The notes under the pieces are model-generated. The model made no database searches and had not been told where the DNA came from. It was given only the letters and a program-made list of their open reading frames with translations. A stretch of 64,000 nucleotides of DNA from Lama guanicoe (lineage: Eukaryota): contig MU053934.1 in the NCBI GenBank assembly GCA_013239625.1, positions 2,560,399 through 2,624,398 of the forward strand. The letters run 5' to 3'. Positions 12,378 through 24,142 of the stretch are shown here, piece after piece (position 1 is the first letter of the stretch; every line of letters starts with the position of its first letter). Position numbers and translations under genes: made by a program.

Positions 12378-12843
12378 TTCTGGAGTCCAACTCTCAGCTT
12401 TGGTGCCATCTTCTCTAGGGAACCCTTCTGGAATGACCCCAGTCTCGGTTAGGGGCCAGGCTCCCTTTGCAGCCCACATTTCTTCTATCCCTGCCTGAGG
12501 CATATATATTATGTTCATGGGTCTGTGCACTCACGTGACTGATGTGCTGTAGATTTAATAGACCGGAACCGGAAGCTGACTCAGGCCACGCCCACCCAGG
12601 CGCAGCTCCACCACCTCCCTGGGCCAAAGGCATGCCTATCTCCAGGAGAAGCTCCGTCCACCTTCCTGGGCCCCAGCTCCGCCCACCTTATTGGGGCAGA
12701 AGATCCTTTTACAAGAATGTTCTCTATCTTCTTGCTTCTCTAGCCAACCAGGTTAGAGCTTAATAGAGAATGATAGGAATTCATTTCTTCCAACTTTAAA
12801 AACTTACTTTTGTTGTCTAGCTCCAGACTAGCATATTACAGAT

Positions 12844-13058
12844 CTGGGGTCAGCAAACTATTGACGGGTGAGGTCTGCTGCCTGTTTTTGGTAAGTAGAG
12901 TTGTTTCATTGGAGCAAGCATAGCCACACTCATTTGCTTCCATATTTGCTTTTGTGCTACATGGTCAGAGTTGAGTGGTTGGGACAGAGACTCTATGGCC
13001 CGCAAAGCCTGGAATATATACTCCCTGTTGCTTTACAGGAAAAGTTGGCCGATCTCTG
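12844..13058. mobile_element. MER58-like hAT-Charlie MITE (opposite orientation to the copy at 4327)
   Basis: ggggtcagcaaacta...gcctgtttttg...cagagttgagtggttgggacagagac...tggcccgcaaagcct...tttacaggaaaagttggccgatctctg. Confidence 0.8.
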
Positions 13059-14896
13059 TTACAGATGCTCAAAAAATATTGTTGGACTGAATCAACTCAA
13101 GTCAGACCCTAGGAATCCTGCACTGCTAGCATACATTCAAGTCTTCTGTCCAGAGACACCAAAATAAACCAAACACTCTAAACAGTTCTCTCTTTAAAAT
13201 TAGGGAAATGGAGGTAGAGAGTAGGTAGGGATAGCCTGTAAAGAATCCTGTCTTTCCTTATTTAGCAAACAGCATCGATTGAGCACCCACTGTATTCCAG
13301 GACCTGTTCTAGGCAGAGCAATGAATGAGACAAGGTTCCCACCCCATGCACTTGGTGTCCAGCTGATAAAGTATCACACCTTCGCTGTGCTCAGCCAGTG
13401 AGACTCCTGCCTCTGCCAGATTTGCCACCCCCCCCCCATCCCCACACTCGGGCTGCATCTCTGTGGGCCCTGGCTCCCAAATCTAGCTGTTTCTCTGAGG
13501 GTCCTCCTGCCAGGCTGTGCAGTCACCGACTGCGTCTCATTCACTCATCTGGACCTCCCCAGCACTGAGCACGGCCTCCACCATACAGAAGGTGCTCAAC
13601 TTTCTTTTATGCTGCTGCCAGCCCCCTTTGAGGGCCCCAGACCTGGTAACCAGGAATGATGACCAAAGCACACTTTAGGAATTCCACCTAAGAGCAGTGC
13701 CTTGCAGGAATGCACAAAGGGGAAGGATGAACCTTATAAGATATTTTCCCCTCTTTAAAAAGAAATCCATAAGTGACGTCATGTTCTCTTCCTTTCTCTT
13801 CCCGCCGCCTGGCAGGCTTCGTGTTCCACAGTGAAACCCACGTTCCAGGCTGACTTGAGAGCTGGGTTTGATGCGAGGAGTAATTATCAAAAGCGACAGG
13901 GGTGATCCATATGATAAAAAGCTTCCTACATTTTTCGCGAAAGTGAGCCAGGGGTGAAACTAACCGCTGCTGTGGGGGATGGGGTGGGAGGGAGGCTTTG
14001 TTCGGCCTCCATGGCCTGGAGGAAGGGCACCTGGGGGTAGAAGCGGAGGAGGGGCTGTGCAGGGGTGGAAGGGGGAGGCGCTTCTGGGAGAACACACCCC
14101 CTCAGGAAGTGCTGCCTGAGAGCCTGGAGCAGAGCTTTCAGTCACTTCTGCTCAGGATGGCTTTGCTGTCCCAGGCGTCCAGGACCCTCAGGCCCTCTCC
14201 TGGAAATCCCTTTCCAGGGAACATTCTACCTTGTTAGTATTTGCTGACTCTTGAGAGATTTTCTTTGGGCCTCAAAATGCTTTCTTTTGATAATATGTCT
14301 CAGGTGGGTTTAAGATCACAGCTATTACATCAGGATTTAACTTTGCCTTGACTTGTGGAGGAAGGAAAAAAAATCTCATTGACTGTTTCAGTAGAAGTTC
14401 CAATCTGGCACTGCCTGATGGGTGTCTTCATTTGGTTATTCAAGAAATGTTTACTGAGTGCTTTATATGGGCCGGGCACTGGGCTGGGAATATGATGGTG
14501 AAAGAGGTGGGTAGAATCCTAGCAGAGCCCTAGTGGAGTTGGTTGGCACTAGTTGAGAGAGATGGTTGCTCAAATAGACACAGCATGATAAAGGTGCTGT
14601 ACTCTGGGAAGCCCTTTAGGGGCCTGGAGGACTTCTTGGAGGAGGTGATGTTTCAGCTGAAACCTGGCAGATGAATACGAATTTGCAAGACAAAGAGGGG
14701 AGAGAAATGTGTTGTAGGTAGAGCGAACAGCATGCATGAAGGTTTGACCTCCGGACAGGAGGGAAGGAGGGAGGCTCAGTTTTATCCTGCCCTCTGCCGT
14801 GACAGGGACCTCTAGATAGTCCAGGCCTTGGGCTCTCGAAGGATGGAAGGGCAGGACCCACCACCGAGAGGGAGATAAAAAATTGCATGCACTCAC

Positions 14897-14980
14897 GGAG
14901 GAAATATTCTGCTGTGTCAGCTTCGTAATCTGCATCCTCTGGAAAGTGATCGATTTGCTTGCAGAGACCTTTGAAATTCC
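14897..14980 (-). CDS. CACNG2: CACNG2 coding exon 2 (distal first extracellular loop)
   Basis: Manual reverse complement GGAATTTCAAAGGTCTCTGCAAGCAAATCGATCAC...GAATATTTCCTCC reads (G)[27 protein letters not shown](R). Acceptor ttgttttctag|, donor |gtgagt; 84 nt, phase 1-1. Not reported in the ORF track in this frame. Confidence 0.98.
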
Positions 14981-16009
14981 CTAGAAAACAAGGGGAAAAA
15001 GTACTTGTGAGACAGCATCATCTCCGGGGGCTCAGCGCCCACCGGCCGCTTCCTGACTTCTCTCTCTTCTGAAGCTGGCTCACCCCTCTCCCTCACCCAC
15101 AAAGGAAGGTATCACTTTGTCTGTTTGGACATCTGCCTGGTGAATCAAAACACACACCCATGGTGCTGCGGAGAGGATCTAAGGCTTAAGACTTCAAAAC
15201 CTAGCCTTCCATCTCTGCATCGAGGCTTCTGAGGATTAGCTGAAGCTTGGCAGGCGGTGGAGGTTTGATTCTGGGCTGGAGACTGCCACGGAGGAGGCTG
15301 ATGAACGTCAGTGCACCTGCCTCTGTGCCCCAGCCCAGCTGGGAGTCACCCCGCGTTTTACAGGTGAGAAAGCAGATCGCTTTCTAAAGAAGGCAGACCC
15401 CAGATGGAGGCTGGCGAACTTTCCCACAGCCCTTTAGATGAGCTGGTAAAGCATCTTCCCATTTGCAATTACATGGAATTCACTGGACAGAGCCTGTGTA
15501 AGTTCTGAAATACCACCTGGGTTGAGCCCCCACTGGTGGCTGCGCCCTCTGCCGGTCTCTTGGACTAAGATACAACCTGTGAGAGGGATATTATCATCTC
15601 CATTTCACAGATGAAGAAACTGAGGCTCAGGGAGTCTAAATGACTGAAGTCCTCATGGCCAGGAAATGATGGGCTCAGGGCTCAAACGAAGACCCTTTGT
15701 TTCTAACAGTTTCCTTGGTGGTTGCTGAGAAGGTGCTCAGAGAAAAACTTGCCCAGTGCCCAGAGGAGCTCCAGCAGGGATCACTAAATGAAGGAATGAA
15801 CCATTGAATGCAATCTTCATACAAACTCACACAGAGAATAGAATTTACAGTCACATCGGTTTCCTGACAGCAGAGACGTTTGTCTGTTTCATTCAATATC
15901 GTATCCCCAACACCAGCACAGGCATGACAGATGTCAGCTCACTTTCTCTGAGTGACTGAATACTTGGACCTGTGCTGGGAGATGTGACCACCATGGTGGG
16001 TAAGAGGCA

Positions 16010-16180
16010 GGTACTGCAGCTGGACTGCCTGGGTCTGGCTCAGCAGCCTGGAGATGCCTCAGTTTCCTCATCTGAAAGTGGAGATCGTAGGAGTTCTTCC
16101 TTCACAGATTGTCGTGGGGGTTAAATGAGTTCACACGTATAAAGTGTTCAGAGCGGTGCCTGGCACGGTAGTAAATGTGC
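16010..16180 (+). mobile_element. MIR SINE fragment
   Basis: gcctcagtttcctcatctgaaagtggagat...ttaaatgagt...aaagtgttcagagcggtgcctggcacggtagtaaatg. Confidence 0.75.
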
Positions 16181-19100
16181 TGGGGGCACTGATGGGAGAG
16201 AGAAATGAACTGCAGCTACTTTGCCACTGACATTCAGGATTTTTCTGATAGGAGCTAATATAACCTAATTAATGCAGTCCTCAATACATGTTAGCAATTT
16301 ATTTTCTTTATAAGGTCCTGAGTCTTCATAGCTCATAAAGTAGGTTTTTAAAAATATATACTATAGGGATTATTTAGGAATTTGAAGGCATTATTACACA
16401 GACTCGTATGTATCACACACAGCTGTTATCTACAGGATACAGGTGTGCTTACGTAAGTATTGTAGATATGTCTAGCTATTATTATATTGTATCGATAATT
16501 CTGTACTATGTATTACAGAGAAGACGGTTGGCTCTCAAACCCGCCTTCACTGTCTCTGTACCAAATTCACTCCCTTTCTCGACTTCTGCAAGAAAAATCA
16601 CTCCCCAGAGCGCATCGGGACTTTGAATAGCTTCACTGAAGCTCTGCAGGATCTGAAGAGCACAGCGTTTCTCTCAAAATGCTCCCAAAGGGCAGGCCAC
16701 TTCCCGAAGTGTGCTGGGCAGCCTCTCCTCTTGCTTCTCTCGCCCCACCCCTTGCTGTCTCCCCCTCCTCTGTTGTCCTGAGCACCTGCCGGCTCTGCTC
16801 TTAGCATCTTGGTGCATTAACCAGGGGCCTCCCCCTCCTCCTATCCAACCACACACTCCTCTCTCTCGAGAGAAGAGTCTTCATACCGGCTGCTAAGAGG
16901 ATAAAATACCCTCACCATTGTTAAAATTACAAATCAGTGTATTTGAAAAGCACTTTGCAAAGCACTTTCATTTTCTCTCCATCCAGCCTGACAAATATTT
17001 CGTCGGCACCAACTTGGTGCCAGGCATCTTTACAAAGAATCCGTGCAGGAGGTGAGGTGCAGACAGCAGTACTGACACGACCTGAGGATCCTTACAAACT
17101 GGGGGCGCTGCTCAACCCCCAACCAAGGGCTGGTAGGTGGTGCCTCCACGTCTGTCTTCTAAGGGGCCCCACTTAGGGCTGGTGAATCACGCCTGCACCT
17201 GCTCCCCATGCAGCCTGGCTATTCCGCTGCCCCAGCCCGGGCCTCAGTCATCCGTGGACCGCTAGGTCCTGTCACAGGAGAGGGGCTCCAGAGATGCTGG
17301 TTGAGAGGCCGTGTGAAATAATCAGCAGCCTAGACCTCTCCTGTGAGGTTCAGACCTGGGTGTCCAGCTGCCTATTTGATGTCTCCCGGTGGATGTTTTC
17401 AAAGCATCGTACACTCAGCAGGTCCAAACCGGAACTCATGATCTGTCCCTCAAGCCTGGTCTTCTGGAGCCACCAACTAGGTCATCCAGTGCCTCTACAT
17501 CTCTCCCTCGTGCAGGCCTGAGCCCAGCCACCATCGCTGACATCTCCTCTTCCCTGCAGGCTCCATCCATCATGACGCCCTGTCTGCATTAGCTCTCAGT
17601 ATCTCTCAGACTCATCGATTGCTCTCCAACAACAGCAACACCCATCGCCAGGCCACCCTCCTTGCTTCCTTAGATGAGTGCAGTAGCCTCCCCACTGGCC
17701 TTTTTGTACCCACTCTCATCCATCTCTAGAGAGTAGTCATAGTGAGCCTTTGAAAACGCAAATCTGCTCAAGTCACCTCCAGCTTAAAACACTCAACAGC
17801 TTCCTGATGCTCTTCAAGAAAAGCTCAACATTATTAACAGGGCCTGACCCCCGACTTCTGTCTGGTCTCCCCTTCCTCTCTGTGCACGTGCCATCTCTGC
17901 TGTCTTTCCTGCTGCGTGTGCTCCGGCCATGGGGCCTTTGCACATGCTCTTCTGGCTTCCTGTGCTACCACCATATCCTTTTTTGTTCCTCCCTCAACCT
18001 CCCTTTGCCCTCCCGCACTGTGCTAGTGGGGTGTCTACTGCTATGCTCACTGTGTCGAGGGGAGGTGTTAAGGCATGAGTGATGCTGGTGGGAATGTTCT
18101 AGAAGAGAGGGACAATTGATAACCCAGGGAGGGGATGGAGCAATGCAGGAGCAACGTGAGAGGGGATGAGGTCCAGGACACAGGTGCAAGGTTGGCCTTA
18201 GGTGGGGTGGATAAGGGTACACCCACTGCACTTGGAGGGAGTGGGGCACCTGTGGATACAGATGCAGAAGATGGGTAGACATGGTGGGACCCTGGGACAC
18301 GTCTCTTCTGGTTGCTTCTATCTTCCTGACAAATGGGAGGCAGAATCATCAACTGAGACTGAGGGAGGGGTAGAAGGGTTGGAGGTTTGAGGAAGCAGGA
18401 AGGAAGTGAAATTTTTCTCCAGGAGAATGGGAGAGGCAATGGACCAGGCTTGTGACATGAGGTATATGTGTAGGGGTGGCCTGAAGGTCCCTCTTGCGAT
18501 TCTGTGGTTTTCTCTGAACACATTTAGCGTGTGGCTGCAATCTGGCTGGAGGGTTTTCTTTAACCAGGATGGGGGTCTGTGAGATGAATGCATGAAGGGA
18601 AGGGGGGAAGGGAGTGATTATGAAAATGGATTAGACCCTAAGCTGGTAAAGAAGGCAGTGAAAAGGTGGGGGATCAATGCATTGAAAGCCTAGGGAGGAT
18701 CAAGGAATTTTTTCAGGGAGATGCTCACGGGAGTGAGCTGGAAGGGTGGGGCATGGGAATCAGAGAGCAGATGCAAAAGACACTGTGGAGGGGGCGTGGT
18801 TAATTATAACGCCAGGGTCAAGGATAAGACCATGAACTGGGTGGCTCAGGGATGACATTCAAAGTGTTTAGCAAATCTCTTACAAATTAATATACAAGAC
18901 AAAACTAAATAGCTTTTACTTAGAAGATAAAACTAAATGTCCACTTTTATTTCCTACACACACCAAGTATAGCTGATAAAACTGCTTACCAAGTCAAACA
19001 CTGATGTGCAAATGATTCATCAAATTATTGTAATAAGCCCCAAATCAATGGTTGGTTTTTAGAAATTATTGGTGTGATCTTTTGATGATGAGGCTCTTAC

Positions 19101-20514
19101 AAGCTAAATGATGGCCCTGTCTGGACTGAGATTTGACACAGGGAATCACACCAGATGCTCCCGGCCCTTCTCTGTTAGAGGAAGAGTCATTCCATCTCAG
19201 TGGTACAGAGTTTTCTCCTAACCTGTCTGATGCTGGTCAGTTGGAGGACATCTCCGAGGAAATAGCCCTCTGTCCACGCAAGTGTGGGTACTGGGAGTGG
19301 TAGAGTCGGGGTGGTGGTGGTGAGAAGGACAGAAACCATCAGAACTGTTGGAACATTTGGAGGTCGTGCTTTCACGGGCAGTGGGGTGAGCGCAGCCTGG
19401 CTCTGCCACTCAGGGCTCTACGGAGGTTCTGTTCTTCTTTGGCTCTGGTGCTCCCCCTGCAGAGCCAGATTTGCCTGTGGCACAGAGCTCACCCTTCCAC
19501 CCATCCCTGGGCGAGGATTTGTGGGGCTGGGGGAGTTGAAGATGGGTCAGATTAGGGGATGAACAGAGCCCTGAGGGACAATGATGAGTAGTGAGGAATG
19601 AGCCAGGTAAACTGGGACCCAGGTTATGATGGGATTGGTCTCAGCGATCTCTGAGGTTGATGGCGATGATGAGGCTGTGAGGGTCAGCTGGAAGCCTAAG
19701 AGGTCTCCAGGAGCACTTGGTGCTCTGTGTCCCTGGACTCAGTATGACTAACGTGGTGCTGAGACCTATGAAGGGGTGGTGCCACCAGTGGCAACCAATC
19801 ACCTTTGGTGGAATTTACATTTGGTAGAAGACCTGTATTGGCGGATGTCATTCCAGTCATTGAAGAGTGGTGTCACCTTATTTTCCTGATGCTAGCCCAG
19901 AGTCCTGCTCTATTTCTTTCTGGTTGGTGATTAGCAAAAAGTATTGATGTAGCTTCAGGCATAGGTGGATCCAGGTGCTCAAAAAATCTGGTGTTTCTCA
20001 CCATCTCTATTTGGCTTTCCTCTAGTTGGCTTCATTCTTGGGCAGGCTCTGTGCCCAGGGGAAAGACTAAGGGATGACTAAGGGCCTGGTCCTGGGGTCA
20101 GGGAGGGAAATCTGACCTGATTCCTGCTCTTCAGGGGCTCACAGTCTGGGGGGAAAGACAGAAAGCACATAATTTACTAGAATACAACATCTCACATTCT
20201 GTACTAGAGGGACGTATAAGACCTTCTGGGAATATAGTTGTTTAGCTAACATTTATGTGGCACCAACTGTATGCCATGCTCTGTACAACCTGCCGAGGAC
20301 ACAGAGGGAAAAAATCCTTTCTGTCCCTACAGAGCATGCCATCTATGGGAGACAGACAACAGATGCCATGTGTTGTGACAAGGCAGGGTGTTGGGAGCAC
20401 ACGGAGAGCTGTGTATCCAGGCATGTGCGGGTATTGACCCAGGCCTTCTGTAGAGGAGGGGACTGAGCTGACTCAGAAGGTCAAGAAGATGTTAGCCAGT
20501 TGAAGCAGGTAGGG

Positions 20515-20546
<32 letters not shown>

Positions 20547-21668
20547 TGAGGCATGATTGGCAAACACTACAGATCTAAGTCCCCTTCCCCCTTCTCAGAG
20601 AACCAGTCATTAAACTTTTACCAGCACACCCCTGGACGAAGGGTTAGGGTGAGGTTAATCCCATGGGAGGGGTTGGCTGGTGCAAAGACATGGCATCTTT
20701 GTGGGATTGGAGATTTACAAGCAGATTGGTCCCACTGAGGGGGCTGGATGGGTGAGGGTGAGGGTAGAGATAAGGGGGTGGAGGGGACTGGGGCCAGTTC
20801 CCTCAGGGGCTTGTGATCCAGGCTGAACAGAGGAGAGAGCATCTCACAGCCCACTCCCCGCTCAGGCATTGGCTTTGAACTTTCAGAGAGTGATGATGTG
20901 GGGGAGATGCTCCCATCATGAAATATAAAGGATTATTCTGCCAAGGGGCCCAACAAACGTGAAATCTTCACTGAACCCCCACCTGAGAAGGGCCAGCGGT
21001 GCAGACCCCAGGGCCCAGGGACTCCAGGGCAAATCGAGGTGGGAAGGCTGCCTTAGGCAGCCACAGCTCTGCCTCCAGGAATTTGCCACTTCAGACTGGA
21101 AATTTCAGCTTGTAGGTATTAAGTAGTTTAAAAGGAGGTTTCATCAGCTTTGTAAAAAGCACATTGATATCTCGCAACCCCAACTGCTGTCTCATTTCTT
21201 TGAGATACAATAAGCTCTTCATAAACCTGGTTATTAAGTGTTGAACAGACGCTGTTTTATTTTCCACATATTCGTGAGAGGCTGAAAGAGTGGCTCGGGT
21301 GCTGGGAGGGTGCGCAGAGGGAGCCCGCTGACGCCTGGTGGGGAGGTTGTCTAAGTAATTTTTAAAGTGAAGCAAATGAAGGGTTTGGTAAGAAGCTGCT
21401 TTCACTGTGTTTTAAACCTTTTCTGCTCCTGGCTTTTTGCTTTGCCGGCACAGCCCTCCCTGACGGCAGGGATTCAGGAAACCTCAGGATGGGTGGGCGG
21501 GGCCTGGCTTGTCCCTCTAGGGAACCCCAGCCCCCAGAATGCGCTGCCATCAGCTGGTGCTGGAGGGTTTGAAACAGCCTCTGTGGCTGTCGGTGAGTTT
21601 GCTCATTCCTTGTTCATTCATTCATTGAATTGTTTTGAATACCTGCAATGTACTAGGTCCTGTGCAGG

Positions 21669-22397
21669 TGTAACTGAGCAGGACCCTATGGGGCCTTCCC
21701 AGAACGGACCTCCCCCCCCAACGCTGCCCATGTCTTCCACCTGCCTCTTGTCTGTAGAAAAACTTTAGTCTCCCTGAGTTCCAAAGAGTACATTTCATCA
21801 GAGAAGTGAGAAAATGCAGAAAGAAAGGAAAACAGTCAAGCAAGACAAAATAATACTAGTTCAGCCATTAAACAAAGTCGAGAACATTTAGTTCCTCCTC
21901 AAGGGCTATACATAATATTCTGAGCCATGTCCTTTGAGCTGTTTTGCAGACTGAAACCCCCACCAGGTGGAAGAAGTTAACTGTATGCTGCCCACAAGCA
22001 TGTAGACCCCAGAGCCTTACATAATATTCTGAGCCATGTCCTTTGAGCTGTTTTGCAGACTGAAACCCCCACCAGGTGGAAGAAGTTAACTGTATGCTGC
22101 CCACAAGCATGTAGACCCCAGAGCCTTTGGAACCAGAAGGTTGAGGATGTTGACTCGCGACGACCTCACCGTCCACCAGTCAGAGCTGAGCACACACGCC
22201 ACAACCCCCTCCCTCACCCTGTCTTTGGAAACCTTCCCTGAAAGCCTTCAGGGAGTTCAGGTCTTTGAAGCACTAGCTGCCTGGACTCCTTGCTTGGCGC
22301 CTGCAATAAACACTGCACTTTCCTTCCCCACAGCCTGGGGTCAGGAGATTGGCTTTACTGCGCATGGGCAAGTGGATCCAAGCTTGGTTTGGTGATG
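21669..22397 (+). mobile_element. Solo ERV1-class LTR (MER41-like), nested in an L2 tail
   Basis: Starts TGTAACTGAGCAGGACCC, has AATAAA at 22305-22310 and ends ...ccaagcttggtttggtgatg (degenerate form of ggtaaca). Flanked by TSD CAGG (21665-21668 and 22398-22401). Removing it rejoins an L2 tail (...taggtcctgtgcagg|cacttaggga). Confidence 0.85.
21909..22126. repeat. Perfect 2 x 109 bp tandem duplication inside the LTR
   Basis: 21909-22017 and 22018-22126 are identical by eye (tacataatattctgagcc...gtagaccccagagcct). Confidence 0.95.
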
Positions 22398-22929
22398 CAG
22401 GCACTTAGGGAGGGGTAAGAAGTCAGTTGTGCCTACCTGCCTTCCCTGAGTCTGCCCTATCTTGTGCCCCAAGCTCTTGCCCCCCAGAAGTCCTGGGCAT
22501 TGCTCATTGTGTGGCATTGCTCACACAAACGCCAGGAGGATATCCTGTCCTGATTCCTGTCATTCTTGTCTTCATAGTTGCTTCTTTAGTTCTTTCCATT
22601 TGATATGGGGAAGAGATTGGACCCCAGACTCAGAGAGTTCTGGCTTCTAAGCCTGGCTCTGCTAGCTATTAGCTGTGTGGCCCTGAGCAAGTCATGTGAC
22701 CTCTCTGTGTCTCCACCTCCTTGGCTGTAGAAAAGGAATATTAATCCCTACGGGGTGATTCTGAGGACTCAGTGAGATAGAAGCAGAGGCCTTTAGTGCA
22801 GTTCCTAACCCAGAGCAGGCACTAAACGAATATAGTCCTTCTTTCTCTTTCTTCTTCAAATGACACCGCTTTCAGGAAGCCTTTCGTGATTGCCCTCAGT
22901 TGGAAAAACTCTTTCTTCCCCATGCCCTG

Positions 22930-23090
22930 TGAAGTGCTTCTGGATTTTAATGGGCATAGGAATCCCTGGGGGATCACGTTGAGCCAGATTTTGACTCAGT
23001 GGGTCTGGGGTGGGGCCTGAGACTCTGCATTTCTTGCATGCTCCCAGGCAATGCCAATGCTGCAGGGTCCCTGGCAGACCACACTTTGGG
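22930..23090. mobile_element. MER5-family hAT-Charlie MITE
   Basis: cagattttgactcagtgggtctggggtggggcctgagactctgcatttct...ctcccaggcaatgccaatgctgc...gaccacactttg. Confidence 0.85.
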
Positions 23091-23422
23091 TTGTTTTTTG
23101 AGCACTTTATATCTGCTTTGATCACATTTTGTGTTTCAGTATTATTGTCTGGGAACAAATAGCTGCAAATCCGTAAGCCCCTTGAGGGTAGAATTTCGTC
23201 TAGAGAGTTTCCTGAGCATACCATATTTCCTTTGACTCCAAGATGCTCAGATGCACATTTCAGTGAACTTGGGATGTGTCTTGTCACTGATGGGTTCATT
23301 GACTGCAGTGTGTCTCTGTTCTCCCAAAAAATCATTATTACATTGATGGTGTGTCTTATAATTAATGATAACGGCTACACAACAAATGTTTATTGAACAA
23401 ATGGATAAATAAATGAATGAAT

Positions 23423-23424
<2 letters not shown>

Positions 23425-23467
<43 letters not shown>
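23425..23467. repeat. (GT)21 microsatellite
   Basis: Direct observation. Confidence 0.97.
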
Positions 23468-23471
<4 letters not shown>

Positions 23472-23599
23472 GACAGAGAGTATACTGTACATTTCCATTC
23501 TCCTGAACAGATGGACATTTTGCCAACTGTTAGAACCCCTGGGGCACCAGAAACATTTGCACCTCTCTTATTAAAAGCCTATTTGACAATGTCAGAATA

Positions 23600-24130
23600 T
23601 GTATATAACCCCAAACCCAGCAATTTCTCTTATACACCTGCCTTGGAAAACTCTTGCGTGTATGCATCAGAAGCTGTGTGCACAAATGTTCCTAACAGCC
23701 GTGCTTGTAACAGCAAAGCACTGGGAACAACTCATTTCTTTTATTAGAAGGCTGATTATAACTTGGAGTATATTAATATAATTGGATATTACACAGCTGT
23801 GAAGGGGAGTAGATTACAGCTACACATGTCGACACAGGTGAATTCCATGCACATAACACTGAGCATGAAAATCAAACCGTGGAAAAAATACCGATGGTAA
23901 GATTCCATTTTCACAGAGTTAAGCATGTACAACTGGACTGTAGGTTGTTTTGTGGTGAGACTGTGAAGTCAAGCCAGCGACGACAAACATAGATCTCAAG
24001 GGGGTGTTGCCCCGAGATGGGAGAGGGGCGGGGATGGTGGCGGGGAGGACACATGAGAGCGTCCATGTACAGAGATGCTCCATTTCTTGACCTTCTGGTG
24101 GGTGCTCAGGCCCTCATTTTATCATCATTT
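23600..24130 (+). mobile_element. Old L1M (L1ME-like) 3' fragment
   Basis: aacccagcaatttc...acaaatgttcctaacagcc...aaagcactgggaacaactc...atattacacagctgtgaa...gattccattt is typical of ancient L1 ORF2-end/3' UTR sequence. Confidence 0.65.
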
Positions 24131-24142
24131 TCTATACCTCGC

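Noticed and set aside
4327..13058. Inverted pair of MER58 copies as a dsRNA or back-splicing driver
   Set aside because: Both lie in the same intron (they flank no exon), are about 8 kb apart and are visibly diverged.
15157..15169. RE1 half-site CCATGGTGCTG (a similar one lies near 19752)
   Set aside because: The GGACAG half is missing; half-sites are common by chance.
21909..22126. Direct repeats as a CRISPR-like array or a two-LTR provirus
   Set aside because: Two abutting copies with no spacer inside a single LTR, in a eukaryotic context; no gag/pol sequence.
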